From an uncultured Pseudomonadota bacterium (GTDB lineage Bacteria > Pseudomonadota > Alphaproteobacteria > Rs-D84), in assembly GCA_902774285.1 (NCBI GenBank), contig CACYHO010000004.1:4796-68795 (forward strand): DNA of 64,000 nt. Direction: 5' to 3'. The translations under genes and the position numbers were made by a program. This document shows, in pieces, positions 46,420 to 56,634 of the stretch. Every line of letters starts with the position of its first letter. Within the stretch, counting starts at the first letter, position 1. The notes beneath the pieces were generated by a model. The model saw nothing but the letters and a program-made list of their open reading frames with translations, had not been told where the DNA came from and searched no databases.

Positions 46420-46773
46420 TTATTTTACAATAGATTCAACATCTACTTCTGTGTAATTTGGCCCTTTGTCGACATTGCCATATACGGTTACAATATCGTC
46501 AACACGAACAGTATTTCCATTCCAGTCTTCTTCGTCTATTTCCAACATAATTGTCCCGGAACCATCTTCAAAAACAAAAATGTTATTACCCATATTTTTT
46601 GTGATACGACCGCGCATAACAACAGGTGTATCATCTGGTAAAGACACAACTTCTGTTACTGTCCAAACGGCTGGTTGATTATTCATATTGCCATTCGTAT
46701 TTTTACCAGGTCCTGCAAAGGCACCACAAATTGGCATTATTGCAAGCAACGCCAAAACAGATATTTTTTTCAT
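46420..46773 (-). CDS. Periplasmic bacterial OB-fold (YgiW/BOF) protein
   Basis: 117 aa with a signal peptide. PVVMRGRITKNMGNNIFVFEDGSGTIMLEIDEEDW pattern typical of the YgiW family. Confidence 0.75.
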   Translation of the reverse strand: MKKISVLALLAIMPICGAFAGPGKNTNGNMNNQPAVWTVTEVVSLPDDTPVVMRGRITKNMGNNIFVFEDGSGTIMLEIDEEDWNGNTVRVDDIVTVYGNVDKGPNYTEVDVESIVK

Positions 46774-46860
46774 GATTTTTCTCCATTTGTTATTTTGTTT
46801 TCCATAATAGAATTATAGCAAATGGACAGATAAAAATATCTAGGAACGATTTACCAAATT

Positions 46861-46885
46861 AAAACCGCCCTTTTTAGGGCGGTTT
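46861..46885 (-). terminator. Terminator downstream of the 821-aa Cys-rich protein gene
   Basis: ACCGCCC-ttttta-GGGCGGT with a T-run on the minus strand. Confidence 0.65.
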
Positions 46886-46889
46886 GTCA

Positions 46890-49355
46890 TTACATTTTTA
46901 TATCTTCACAGAAAGGTTCGCTTTCTTTCACACTACAATCACTTTCAGATCTGAAATACTTTGTCATATTTTTGCACGACGTTGTTACAGTAGTTGTGCA
47001 AATATGGCAAGTTCTGGTAGCCTTATCAAATGTGGCACGGCTTTCTTTTGTGAAACCAGAATTTTTAGATGTTCTGCCACGATAAGTAAATGTATCAGCA
47101 CCCTCTTGTATCTTGCCCAAACCACCAGATAACAATGTCTTTGTTGATAAACCTGTTCCTACATCATAAGATATAGCAAAAGGCGCGGTCAACGGAGACT
47201 GTTCTGAAATTTTGTTCAAATTGAACGAAGTATTACCCATATCACCTAATTTTTGACACATAAATTGGGCTATTTCAGCAGATGCGTTATGAGCCGCCTC
47301 TTCTATCGCAGTCGATACTTTTTTGTTATAATTATCTTGTGCTTTGCGTAAAGCAGCCATGGCAATCATAACACGATACTGATTCAACAAGTTTGGAAAA
47401 CGCGCAACAGTCGAATTATCATAGCTACCCTTGCCATTTATTTGTGATAAATCACGTCCATTAATACAATATTGTATTTGTTGATCAGATTCTATCAAAG
47501 ATATCACTCTGTTTATAGTTCCCGCAACATTCTTCAATTCCTCTTCAATAGAAGCTATTATACCTTCTGCATTTGGAACATCGCTATTGTTCTTTTTGGC
47601 TTCCCTGATATAATCTTGAACACCAATTTCACCTGGTGCTAAAACTTTACCACCGTCAGTAACAGAACCAGATGCATCGCCCATTTTAATGGAACCGAAA
47701 GATATCATACCGGTCACACGATATACAGTTCCGTCTTTTTGTGATTTCACAGAACTTGTACCAATAAAATTATCGGCAGCAAACGAATTACAATCGGTTG
47801 TCGATCCACACAATTCAACCATTTTTTGTTCTGCTAAATTCTGACAATTTTCAAGAGCTTTATTATCAATGTTCAAATACAATCCCATCAACATTGAATC
47901 CAAATCAGACATTTTGAAATCTGGATTTGCTTGTTTGCATACCACTAATTTATCAAGTGGACAAATGTCATGGATATAATTGAAATCCATACCTATACAA
48001 TTTTCGAAATTCTTGCCACATCTGTCTTCTGATGTAAAACATTCTTTAACTTCTTGTGTACAAGCATCTACACGCATTGCCGCCAATTTAGACACTACAT
48101 AATCCCAAATTTGAGGTTCCATTCTTTCACAAGGGTCAATCTGAATCTTACAGAAAGAGCGTGCCATATCTGGTCGTGCAAGACATGCATCCATTGTTGC
48201 TTCGCCTTTGCCAACAATATCATCTTTACACGCCTTTTGAATACAATTCGAAATATCAGACAAACATGATTGACGTTTTTGTGATTCTATATTAGATTCA
48301 GCCAAACGAATTGTTGGTGCAGCTTCACGTAAGAAATCATTCCAAACGTAATCACGAACAGCGACACAACTGTCCAAAACCTTTTCACAAATGAAACGTT
48401 TTGATTCCAATATACCCATTGTCGATGCAGTTATATCGTATGTATTAACGGTTTCAACTTTTGTGCCTGCAACACTTGTTGCTGTATTATTTTGCATATT
48501 TTCCGATGCGATAGTGAACACACAATTTCCCCAATCAGAACCACAAGCGTCCGAACTCATCATACATTTTTTATATTCAACCATGCATGTTCCACGATCA
48601 TATTTATTTGATTCTTCCAGACTGTCTTTCAAAGCACCACGAACAGCAGCTTTTGCTTTTGCCAATATAGAATCTGCTTCCTGTTTCTTTTGGGCTATAC
48701 TATTCGCTAAACCCTTACAATCAGAAATAATTTGACGAGAATACATTTGAGTTAACAAAGTCATATCTTTTGAACAAGAATCAGGCATTTGCTCTTTACA
48801 CAATTGATGCGCAGCAGAATACAATTGTCTGCCAACCTTATCAGACAAATCTATTTCAGCCCATTCATCATCATATTCTTCTTCGTCTTCCGTATCATAA
48901 ATCGAAGTCCACTCTATTTTATTTTTTGGTTTTTCACCCGCTTTTACAATAGATCCATCTTCATTATAAATACGTTCACCACCATTAAATATAATATCGG
49001 CATTACCACCAGCTTGGATTCTTTCTACTTCTTCTGTTCCAATACGTTCCGCTTCTACTAATATTTTTTTAATAGATTCCAACTGTTCGTCATATTTAGC
49101 CGCATCATCACTGCACATACATGTGCCGCCATTTTCATTATCAGCGATACAAAATTGATCCATACAGCCAAAATATCTGTTATAACAATCTTCATCAAAA
49201 ACACCTGTTGCTTCAACTTTGGCACGAACTTTTGTACCTGCTTGAATAGCAGATTGTTTTTTTACTTTGGTTTTAGTTGCAGCAATAGAATCCATTGGCA
49301 ACACTGCTAACGAAGCAAAACCAAACAACAAACCAATTTTGAACAACTTTTTCAT
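46890..49355 (-). CDS. Giant secreted cysteine-rich protein, CxxxYxxCM family (821 aa)
   Basis: Signal MKKLFKIGLLFGFASLAVLPMDSIA. Signature CYNRYFGCMDQFCIADNENGGTCMCS. Blocks shared with the 718-aa paralog: NKYDRGTCMVEYKKC, LDSCVAVRDYVWNDF, RTCHIC, and C-terminal CEDIKM. Confidence 0.8.
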   Translation of the reverse strand: MKKLFKIGLLFGFASLAVLPMDSIAATKTKVKKQSAIQAGTKVRAKVEATGVFDEDCYNRYFGCMDQFCIADNENGGTCMCSDDAAKYDEQLESIKKILVEAERIGTEEVERIQAGGNADIIFNGGERIYNEDGSIVKAGEKPKNKIEWTSIYDTEDEEEYDDEWAEIDLSDKVGRQLYSAAHQLCKEQMPDSCSKDMTLLTQMYSRQIISDCKGLANSIAQKKQEADSILAKAKAAVRGALKDSLEESNKYDRGTCMVEYKKCMMSSDACGSDWGNCVFTIASENMQNNTATSVAGTKVETVNTYDITASTMGILESKRFICEKVLDSCVAVRDYVWNDFLREAAPTIRLAESNIESQKRQSCLSDISNCIQKACKDDIVGKGEATMDACLARPDMARSFCKIQIDPCERMEPQIWDYVVSKLAAMRVDACTQEVKECFTSEDRCGKNFENCIGMDFNYIHDICPLDKLVVCKQANPDFKMSDLDSMLMGLYLNIDNKALENCQNLAEQKMVELCGSTTDCNSFAADNFIGTSSVKSQKDGTVYRVTGMISFGSIKMGDASGSVTDGGKVLAPGEIGVQDYIREAKKNNSDVPNAEGIIASIEEELKNVAGTINRVISLIESDQQIQYCINGRDLSQINGKGSYDNSTVARFPNLLNQYRVMIAMAALRKAQDNYNKKVSTAIEEAAHNASAEIAQFMCQKLGDMGNTSFNLNKISEQSPLTAPFAISYDVGTGLSTKTLLSGGLGKIQEGADTFTYRGRTSKNSGFTKESRATFDKATRTCHICTTTVTTSCKNMTKYFRSESDCSVKESEPFCEDIKM

Positions 49356-49369
49356 TTTTTCTCTCTTTT

Positions 49370-51526
49370 TTACATATTTATGTCTTCACAAGATTCGATT
49401 TCTTGACAGAATTCTTTTTTACCACCAGATGCAGCACCAAGAACACCTGCACCAACAGCACCAACCAAACCACCAATGGCCGTGCCCCATCCTGCATTTA
49501 TCATTGTTCCTGTTGCAGCCCCCGCAGACAAACCACCAGCAGCAGCTTTCAAAGCAGATGTTGCTTTATCTTCTCCACCTTCTTCACAAACTTGTTGCAA
49601 ACGACAAACGTGACAATTACGCAAATTCGGTTCAAAAGATACACTCTTTATATAACTATAATTTGTCTTGGAATCATCCGCCTTTTCAGCTTTATATGTC
49701 TTCAAACAAATTTGTTCTGCTTCTTTTAATTCTTTTTTACGTGCCAATTCAGCAATCTTGGTATCTAATTCACGCAAATTACGATTTTCTGCTGCCATTT
49801 TTGCCAACAATTTCGCAGTATTAAACACACTTACCCCCAAAGCATTCTTATTTTTAACTTTTTTAGAAGCATCACCACTTTGAGAATCCGAACATGCTGC
49901 CACTGTTTTATCTTGTTCAAATTGCTTAAAGAAATCTTCAACAGAGGCATCAGAATTTGCAACAACCGTTTTACGCAAATTAGCCAAACCTTCTTCCGTA
50001 TCAGGCAAATCGATTAAAGACTGAACTGTTGAATCTATTGGCAAACAGGCCATATCTGTGCCACAAACTTTACCAAGTTGTTCGCCAAAATAATTGATAC
50101 AACCTTGCATCATTTGATAATCCATTTGCAAAAGCGCAGACTGAACTATTATGTCATACTGTGTTGCACCTTTACATGATGGGAACATATCTTGCGGACA
50201 AAGTGCTGCTATTTCATATGGTTTTTTACCAACACATTCTGGTTTAGTAAAATCAACACCACATTTATCTTGTAAACATTTATCGATTTCATTTTCGCAG
50301 AATTTGGTTCTTAAATACCCCAACTTGTCATTCACAACAGCTTGGAACCCAGGGATTTTTGCATCACATTCTGTAATAATTGGACATATACCGGCTGCAA
50401 CATTAACATTTGTTAAACATTCTGCATTTGTTGATGTAGAACAACTGTCTTCCAAACAAAATTGCGTTTTCGCAAGACACGTTGCACGTTCGTTCTTATC
50501 TGCATATTTTGCAGCCTCTGCCAGTACACTTTCAGATTCTGCTTTCCAATCTTTTACAACATAATCACGAACAGCCATACATTGATCTAAAATATTTTCA
50601 CATGCATTAGAACGACGTTGTAATAGTTTTGCATCTAAACAATTTTCAAAGTTTGCACCACAACCGCCCTTGTCCGCTATACAGGAACGATAAGCCAACA
50701 AACATTCGCCACGATTATATTTGTTTGTTGTACCCAACATTTCAAGACGCGCCTTGCGAACCGCAGATTCTGCAACGCGTTTATTAGATTCTGCATTTGC
50801 CTTTTGATCGGCCAAATACGCGTCATAATTTTTACAATCTTGCGTTATCATTCTGGAATACAACATCGATTCCATTTCAGATTTGCTGCCACAGGCATCC
50901 AATTCTGCCTGACAATATTTGACAGCCATATCATACAAACCTGATCCTAAAACAACATCTTCACCTACATCTTCATCGTCTTCATTTTCTCCGTCACTAA
51001 GCCATGCTAAAAAGTTTGTACTAGACACTTTGGTACTTGTGTTATTATCCGCAAAAACCAATCTGGCTTTGGCACCTAACTGTTCGCGTTCAACACCTTC
51101 TGTATATAACTTATCAGCTTCTGCCTGAATGGCTAACACCGCATTAATTTTACTTTTTGCATATTCTATATTATCAGAGCAAGCACAGCGTTCACCTTGA
51201 CTTTCATCCAACAAACAAAAACTATCCATACATTCACGATACGCATCACGACAATCACTGTTCCCTTCAACGACAGCAAGCGATGTAGTAGATGTTTTTT
51301 TTGCGGCAGATTCACCAGATTTCACACCTTCTGCAGAAGTCGATATAATGCCAGATTTTACCCCTTGTTCAAAGGCTTCTTGAACATCAATTTCTGTAAC
51401 TATCGCCCTTGTACCAGCTTGTGATACACGCCCCATACCAATACGAGCAGAAGAATCACCACGCGAAGCACCGAACGCAACTGAAGGTATAACCAATAAT
51501 ATTGGTAAAAAGTTTATCATTTTCAT
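49370..51526 (-). CDS. Giant secreted cysteine-rich protein, CxxxYxxCM family (718 aa), with a C-terminal glycine-zipper segment
   Basis: Signal MKMINFLPILLVIPSVAFG. Signature CRDAYRECMDSFCLLDESQGERCACS. Blocks NKYNRGECLLAYRSC, LDQCMAVRDYVVKDW and RNCHVC. Gly-zipper AAAGGLSAGAATGTMINAGWGTAIGGLVGAVGAGVLGAASGG. C-terminal CEDINM. A 14-nt gap with GAGAG precedes the downstream paralog. Confidence 0.8.
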   Translation of the reverse strand: MKMINFLPILLVIPSVAFGASRGDSSARIGMGRVSQAGTRAIVTEIDVQEAFEQGVKSGIISTSAEGVKSGESAAKKTSTTSLAVVEGNSDCRDAYRECMDSFCLLDESQGERCACSDNIEYAKSKINAVLAIQAEADKLYTEGVEREQLGAKARLVFADNNTSTKVSSTNFLAWLSDGENEDDEDVGEDVVLGSGLYDMAVKYCQAELDACGSKSEMESMLYSRMITQDCKNYDAYLADQKANAESNKRVAESAVRKARLEMLGTTNKYNRGECLLAYRSCIADKGGCGANFENCLDAKLLQRRSNACENILDQCMAVRDYVVKDWKAESESVLAEAAKYADKNERATCLAKTQFCLEDSCSTSTNAECLTNVNVAAGICPIITECDAKIPGFQAVVNDKLGYLRTKFCENEIDKCLQDKCGVDFTKPECVGKKPYEIAALCPQDMFPSCKGATQYDIIVQSALLQMDYQMMQGCINYFGEQLGKVCGTDMACLPIDSTVQSLIDLPDTEEGLANLRKTVVANSDASVEDFFKQFEQDKTVAACSDSQSGDASKKVKNKNALGVSVFNTAKLLAKMAAENRNLRELDTKIAELARKKELKEAEQICLKTYKAEKADDSKTNYSYIKSVSFEPNLRNCHVCRLQQVCEEGGEDKATSALKAAAGGLSAGAATGTMINAGWGTAIGGLVGAVGAGVLGAASGGKKEFCQEIESCEDINM

Positions 51527-51598
51527 GCGAGCTCATCCTACATTTTTATATTATTTTATCAAAAAATACATTACCTTGCAAGCAGATATAAAAATTTC

Positions 51599-51627
51599 TT
51601 GCAATTTTATTTTGCTGTTAATATTAT
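51599..51627 (+). promoter_or_regulatory. Candidate infA promoter (TTGCAA-17-TATTAT)
   Basis: TTGCAA at 51599-51604 and TATTAT at 51622-51627. Confidence 0.45.
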
Positions 51628-51657
51628 AAAAGGGTTAAAAAAATGAGGTTTTTATTT

Positions 51658-51909
51658 ATGGCAAAAGATGATGTAATTGTTTTTTCTGGAACCGTTGAAG
51701 AAAGATTGCCAAACACTATGTTTCGCGTTCGTCTTGAAAACGGTCATATGATATTGGCAACAGTTTGTGGAAAAATGCGTAAAGCGCGTATTTGGGTTAA
51801 CGTTGGTGAAAAAGTCCATGTTGAAATGACACCTTACGATTTGGACAAAGGTAGAATTACTTTTGTAGAACGCACACACTCGACGCCAGAAGGTGCACCA
51901 AATCATTAA
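51658..51909 (+). CDS. infA: Translation initiation factor IF-1 with a short C-terminal extension
   Basis: [69 protein letters not shown] is canonical IF-1. An extra tail, [14 protein letters not shown], follows. Confidence 0.93.
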   Translation: MAKDDVIVFSGTVEERLPNTMFRVRLENGHMILATVCGKMRKARIWVNVGEKVHVEMTPYDLDKGRITFVERTHSTPEGAPNH

Positions 51910-51918
51910 AAATAAAAA

Positions 51919-51941
51919 ATCCACTTTTTGTGGATTTTTTT
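51919..51941 (+). terminator. Terminator after infA
   Basis: ATCCAC-ttttt-GTGGAT followed by a T-run. Confidence 0.65.
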
Positions 51942-52011
51942 ATTTCTTTTTTATGTAAAATACCCTTGCTTAAAATATCTTATTTTTGTTATTATTATTA
52001 AAAAGCATAGG

Positions 52012-54339
52012 ATGAGAAAGTTTTGTCTTGTTTTGTTCGGTTTATTTTTGTGCATTGACTGTGTCAATGCTGCTGTTCGCACACAAAACATTTCAACACA
52101 ATCGACCTCCAGACAATCAAGAACAAAAACTGATAACACCGTAAATCATTCTTTGTCTTCTCGAAATGTCGCAACACAAGATACGACAAGAAAAACAACA
52201 TCAAGGGCCACATCAAAAAAAGTTGTTACAGGTCGTACGGGTACAGGATCAACAAAACGAATTGTTACGCCTGTTTCTCAAAAAACATCGCGTAACACGC
52301 GCGCTGCAACGACAGTAAAGACCAGAACTTTTGGAACAAATTATAATTCTTGTCGTGATGCTTATTTTACATGCATGGATCAATTTTGCGCAACGCAAAA
52401 TGAAGATTATCGCAGATGTGTTTGTTCTTCAAAATTGAAAGATATTCAAAACCAAGAAAAATTGTTATCACAAACATCTGACAGCTTGAAAGATTTCCAA
52501 GATTTAAATATAAATATGATTTCAAAAACTTCGAAAGAAGTTAAAGCAATGTTATCTGCATCCGAAGGTGAAACAGAGATAAAGAAAGATAAATCAGAAA
52601 GTGCAAATACACTAAAAAGCATATCTGGTGTTCTTAGTAATACAAAATCAACATCTATTTCAAACCAAGGTAAACTAGATATTGTTGGTGATATAAAATC
52701 AGTTTGGTCCACAACAGATTTAATTGGTGGCGCCGATATCGCAAATCTTACCGGCGAAGCATTATTTAATGCCGTACACACACAATGTTCTGAATTGGTC
52801 GCGCAAAGTTGTGGTGCGTCAGATTTAAAAATGGTTGCTTCTGCATATGGTATGTATATTGAAAATGATTGTTCATTACTTGAAACAAACATTAAAAACA
52901 AAAAGACCAGCGCAAATGCCGCCATACGTGGAACACGTCACAATATGCAAGACGCTCGTCTTGAAAATTATAATGTTCACAATTCTGTGAATATGACCGA
53001 TTGTATTGCAAATGTTAGAAAAGACATCACTGCAAACACGGCATGCGGTGAAAAATATATTCATTGTTTAGATTTTTCTGGTAAGTATTTAAACTCAACG
53101 AGTGGGGCACCGATATATACACCAGAATTTTATCAAATAGAAAATCAAATATCATTGTCTGGTGATGTTTTAAAAAATTCACAAAACGTGAACTTCTTAA
53201 ACATGCTTAACAAGAAACGACATTTTGCAACAAAAAGCCTTGATGCGTGTCGCGACAATGCAGACGATGTATGGGATGAATTTTTAAGACAAGCACTTGT
53301 AGAAATATATCAAGGACAACAAGAACGCGTAAAAACAGTTAAAAACGAATGCCTGCAGGTTGTCAATGATTGCTATTTGAAACAATCTGATCAACTAAAA
53401 AGCTTTTCTGATACAGATGGAAAAATTAGTCTTGGGGAAATACTAGAATTATCAGAAGAAATGTGTGCAGATAAATTAAACACTTGCAGCAACCTGTACG
53501 GTGGTGGCGATACAGGATTTGAGTTATTAATTGCAACAATGACAGGCATCACAAATGCAACCATAGAACAAACATGTCCCGATATGTTGGCGACATTTGC
53601 CAAAAACATTTGTTCTGTAACAAGTGGCAAAGATACTATGCATTCTTATCCGTATGGTTGCAGAAAATATGCGCCAGGAGAAGCACGTTATGCGCGCATT
53701 AACTTGTGTAACAAAACACTGGTCAATCCATTCTCTAAAACAAATATTCTTCTTACTAACGTAAATGTACAAGATTCTGTATCTGACTATCTCACAATTT
53801 GTGAAGCAGAACGTGCCAGCAATCATTTACATAAAGTTTATATCAGTTGCAAATATGGAAAATATTTGTTCGCACAACAAAACGGTTGTGATTTGTCCAA
53901 TCCTATTACTTGTTATGCATCAAACAATAACGCAACAAGATGTGAAGATTGTCCTTCCACAGCGATATGCCCTGGTGGAAAATCAAAACCTATCAGCAAA
54001 GATGCAGAATTATATAATTCATGTGGTCAATATTATGTTGGCAGTCTTTATCAACAATTGGCCAGATATGCAATTCAAAATTGCAAACGACCATCTGACA
54101 CATCCTATACTGTATCAGAAACATTACTGACTGATATTGATAATGTTATGGTCCAAATACGCACACAAATGTCAACAGAACTTGCAAAAGAATGTGAAAA
54201 CCAATCTGGCACTTGGGTTGACGTTCCTTGGGAAGACAACAATAACGATGGATTACACGATACAACGAATGATTCGTTATTAAATAATTTCTATACAACG
54301 ACAGGCACCAACGCATTGTGGGGTTATTGTAAACCATAA
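52012..54339 (+). CDS. Giant secreted cysteine-rich protein, CxxxYxxCM family (775 aa)
   Basis: Signal MRKFCLVLFGLFLCIDCVNA, then an S/T/R-rich segment. Signature CRDAYFTCMDQFCATQNEDYRRCVCS. Block LDACRDNADDVWDEFLRQA is related to the AVRDYVWNDFLRE block of the paralogs. Confidence 0.8.
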   Translation: MRKFCLVLFGLFLCIDCVNAAVRTQNISTQSTSRQSRTKTDNTVNHSLSSRNVATQDTTRKTTSRATSKKVVTGRTGTGSTKRIVTPVSQKTSRNTRAATTVKTRTFGTNYNSCRDAYFTCMDQFCATQNEDYRRCVCSSKLKDIQNQEKLLSQTSDSLKDFQDLNINMISKTSKEVKAMLSASEGETEIKKDKSESANTLKSISGVLSNTKSTSISNQGKLDIVGDIKSVWSTTDLIGGADIANLTGEALFNAVHTQCSELVAQSCGASDLKMVASAYGMYIENDCSLLETNIKNKKTSANAAIRGTRHNMQDARLENYNVHNSVNMTDCIANVRKDITANTACGEKYIHCLDFSGKYLNSTSGAPIYTPEFYQIENQISLSGDVLKNSQNVNFLNMLNKKRHFATKSLDACRDNADDVWDEFLRQALVEIYQGQQERVKTVKNECLQVVNDCYLKQSDQLKSFSDTDGKISLGEILELSEEMCADKLNTCSNLYGGGDTGFELLIATMTGITNATIEQTCPDMLATFAKNICSVTSGKDTMHSYPYGCRKYAPGEARYARINLCNKTLVNPFSKTNILLTNVNVQDSVSDYLTICEAERASNHLHKVYISCKYGKYLFAQQNGCDLSNPITCYASNNNATRCEDCPSTAICPGGKSKPISKDAELYNSCGQYYVGSLYQQLARYAIQNCKRPSDTSYTVSETLLTDIDNVMVQIRTQMSTELAKECENQSGTWVDVPWEDNNNDGLHDTTNDSLLNNFYTTTGTNALWGYCKP

Positions 54340-54343
54340 AAAA

Positions 54344-54369
54344 ACGATAAATAAAATTTATCGTTTTTT
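54344..54369. terminator. Bidirectional terminator hairpin
   Basis: ACGATAAAT-aaa-ATTTATCGT flanked by an A-run and a T-run. Confidence 0.65.
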
Positions 54370-54380
54370 ATTTCTTTTTG

Positions 54381-55643
54381 TTAAGCTGCTTTTTTGTTCT
54401 CTGCATATATCTCAACAGCATCTTTCTTTCCGTTTACAACATCTGCATCGATAACAATTTCTTGCAAATCTTTTTTATCTGGTGCTTCAAACATTGGTTT
54501 TAACAAAATCTTTTCCAATATCGAACGCAAACCACGTGCACCAGTTTTTCTTTCAATTGCCATTTTAGCAATCGCAGTCAAACCATCTTTGGTGATATTT
54601 AATTTAATACCATCCATTTCCAACATAGCAGCATATTGTTTCACAATAGCGTTCTTTGGTTCTGTTAAAATTTTAACCAAAGCTTTTTCATCCAATGGCT
54701 GCAAAGTTGTAATAATTGGCAAACGTCCTATCAATTCTGGGATTATACCAAAACGGACCAAATCGCTTGATTGAACATCACCCAATAAATCTTTTTCTTC
54801 GCGTTCTTTTTTATCAACAACAGTTGCACCAAATCCGATACCTGCACGCGCAGATGTGCGCGATGCGATAATTTTATTCAAACCATCAAATGCGCCACCA
54901 CAAATAAACAAGATTTTACTTGTATCCAACTGCACTGTTGTTTCACCAGGATGTTTACGACCACCACCACTGGCTGGCACATTTGCGACAGTTCCTTCGA
55001 TTAATTTTAACAAAGCTTGTTGAACACCTTCACCAGATACATCACGTGTTAATGATGGGTTTTCAGATTTACGTGAAATTTTATCTATTTCATCAATATA
55101 AATTATTCCACGTTGTGCACGTTCAACATCAAAATTGGCGTTTTGTAATAAACGTGTTAATACAGATTCAACATCGTCCCCAACATAACCCGCTTCTGTC
55201 AAAGTTGTTGCATCAGCAATCGCAAATGGCACATCCAAAACACGCGCCAAAGTTTGTGCGAACAATGTTTTCCCAGTTCCCGTTGAACCAATCATTAAAA
55301 TGTTAGATTTCTGTATTTCAACATTTGATGCGACAGATGCCCCATTACGTTTATAATGATTATACACAGCAACAGACAATGTTCTTTTTGCATCGTCTTG
55401 ACCAATGACATATTCATTCAAGAATTTATAAATTTCTGATGGTGTAGGTAATGATGAAGATTCATGTTTGACCTGGGCCTTTTTATCATCAGCCATAATA
55501 TCATTACATAAATTTATACATTCATCACAAATGCATACATCTTTACCACTGACTAATTTTTTTACTTCATACACAGACTTGCCACAGAAACTACAAAATT
55601 GCTGTGCTTTATCTTGTGTATTTGTTTTTTTATCGTCGCTCAT
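54381..55643 (-). CDS. clpX: ATP-dependent Clp protease ATP-binding subunit ClpX
   Basis: N-terminal zinc-binding CSFCGK ... CICDEC, Walker A GSTGTGKT, full-length ClpX similarity. Confidence 0.97.
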   Translation of the reverse strand: MSDDKKTNTQDKAQQFCSFCGKSVYEVKKLVSGKDVCICDECINLCNDIMADDKKAQVKHESSSLPTPSEIYKFLNEYVIGQDDAKRTLSVAVYNHYKRNGASVASNVEIQKSNILMIGSTGTGKTLFAQTLARVLDVPFAIADATTLTEAGYVGDDVESVLTRLLQNANFDVERAQRGIIYIDEIDKISRKSENPSLTRDVSGEGVQQALLKLIEGTVANVPASGGGRKHPGETTVQLDTSKILFICGGAFDGLNKIIASRTSARAGIGFGATVVDKKEREEKDLLGDVQSSDLVRFGIIPELIGRLPIITTLQPLDEKALVKILTEPKNAIVKQYAAMLEMDGIKLNITKDGLTAIAKMAIERKTGARGLRSILEKILLKPMFEAPDKKDLQEIVIDADVVNGKKDAVEIYAENKKAA

Positions 55644-55667
55644 TTTTATAAACCTTGAATATAAAAA

Positions 55668-56249
55668 TTATTTTCTGATTAAAATATCGTCAATCAAACC
55701 GAATTTCTTGGCACCTGCTGCATCCATCCAGTTATCACGTTCCATAGCTTCAAAAACTTCTTTTTCCTTACGTCCAGTAAAATCAGCCATTTGTTTAATA
55801 ATCATTTGTTTTACACGTTGTGTTTCACGTAAAGATATTTCCATATCTGTAACTTGACCTTGTGTTCCGGAACTTGGTTGATGAATCATTATTTCTGTAT
55901 TTGGTAAAACGAAACGTTTTCCTTTTGCACCAGCGGCCAACAACACAGATCCCATAGACGCAACCAACCCCATACCAATTGTAGACACATTAGGTTTGAT
56001 ATATTGCATTGTATCCATAATTGCCCAACCAGCAGTTACGTCCCCCCCTGGCGTATTAATATACAAAGAAATATCTGCATTTGGATTTTCAGATTCCAAA
56101 AATAACAACTGCGCAACAATGGTATTTGCCATCGCAGAATCGATTGGTCCAGAAACCATAACAATACGATCACGCAAAAGACGTGAATAAATATCAAAAG
56201 AACGTTCACCCTTTGGAGATTCTTCTATAACAATTGGAACTAAAGACAT
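55668..56249 (-). CDS. clpP: ATP-dependent Clp protease proteolytic subunit ClpP
   Basis: SLVPIVIEESPKGERSFDIYSRLL, catalytic-Ser region GLVASMGS, and IMIHQP. Confidence 0.97.
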   Translation of the reverse strand: MSLVPIVIEESPKGERSFDIYSRLLRDRIVMVSGPIDSAMANTIVAQLLFLESENPNADISLYINTPGGDVTAGWAIMDTMQYIKPNVSTIGMGLVASMGSVLLAAGAKGKRFVLPNTEIMIHQPSSGTQGQVTDMEISLRETQRVKQMIIKQMADFTGRKEKEVFEAMERDNWMDAAGAKKFGLIDDILIRK

Positions 56250-56359
56250 AATAAATCCTCTTTTTTACACTAGATTATATCACAATATAACCCGATTCGC
56301 TAATTTTATAACAAATAAATAAGGAAAAAATCCAGATTTTCAAGATGGAAGAAAAAATC

Positions 56360-56620
56360 TTACAAAAATTCTTTTTCTTGAACATCAGGTGGGACAAAAG
56401 TCAATGCAACGTCCGATTTGTGTTTGATATGTTCCAAATAATCAATTGATTGATTCAAATTAATAATAGCCATATTTAATTCTTTTTTTACATCACCTGA
56501 AACATTATTTATATTTTCAATCACTTTCTTAGCAATCAAAACAGTATCATTGGCTTCAGCGATTGTTTCCGAAATACTAAGTTGTTTTGTTGTAAAAGTC
56601 CCTGACTTTACATATTTCAT
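56360..56620 (-). CDS. Hypothetical protein (86 aa)
   Basis: ORF only. Helical-looking sequence with no recognised motif. Confidence 0.4.
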   Translation of the reverse strand: MKYVKSGTFTTKQLSISETIAEANDTVLIAKKVIENINNVSGDVKKELNMAIINLNQSIDYLEHIKHKSDVALTFVPPDVQEKEFL

Positions 56621-56634
56621 ATTGTGTCCTTTTA

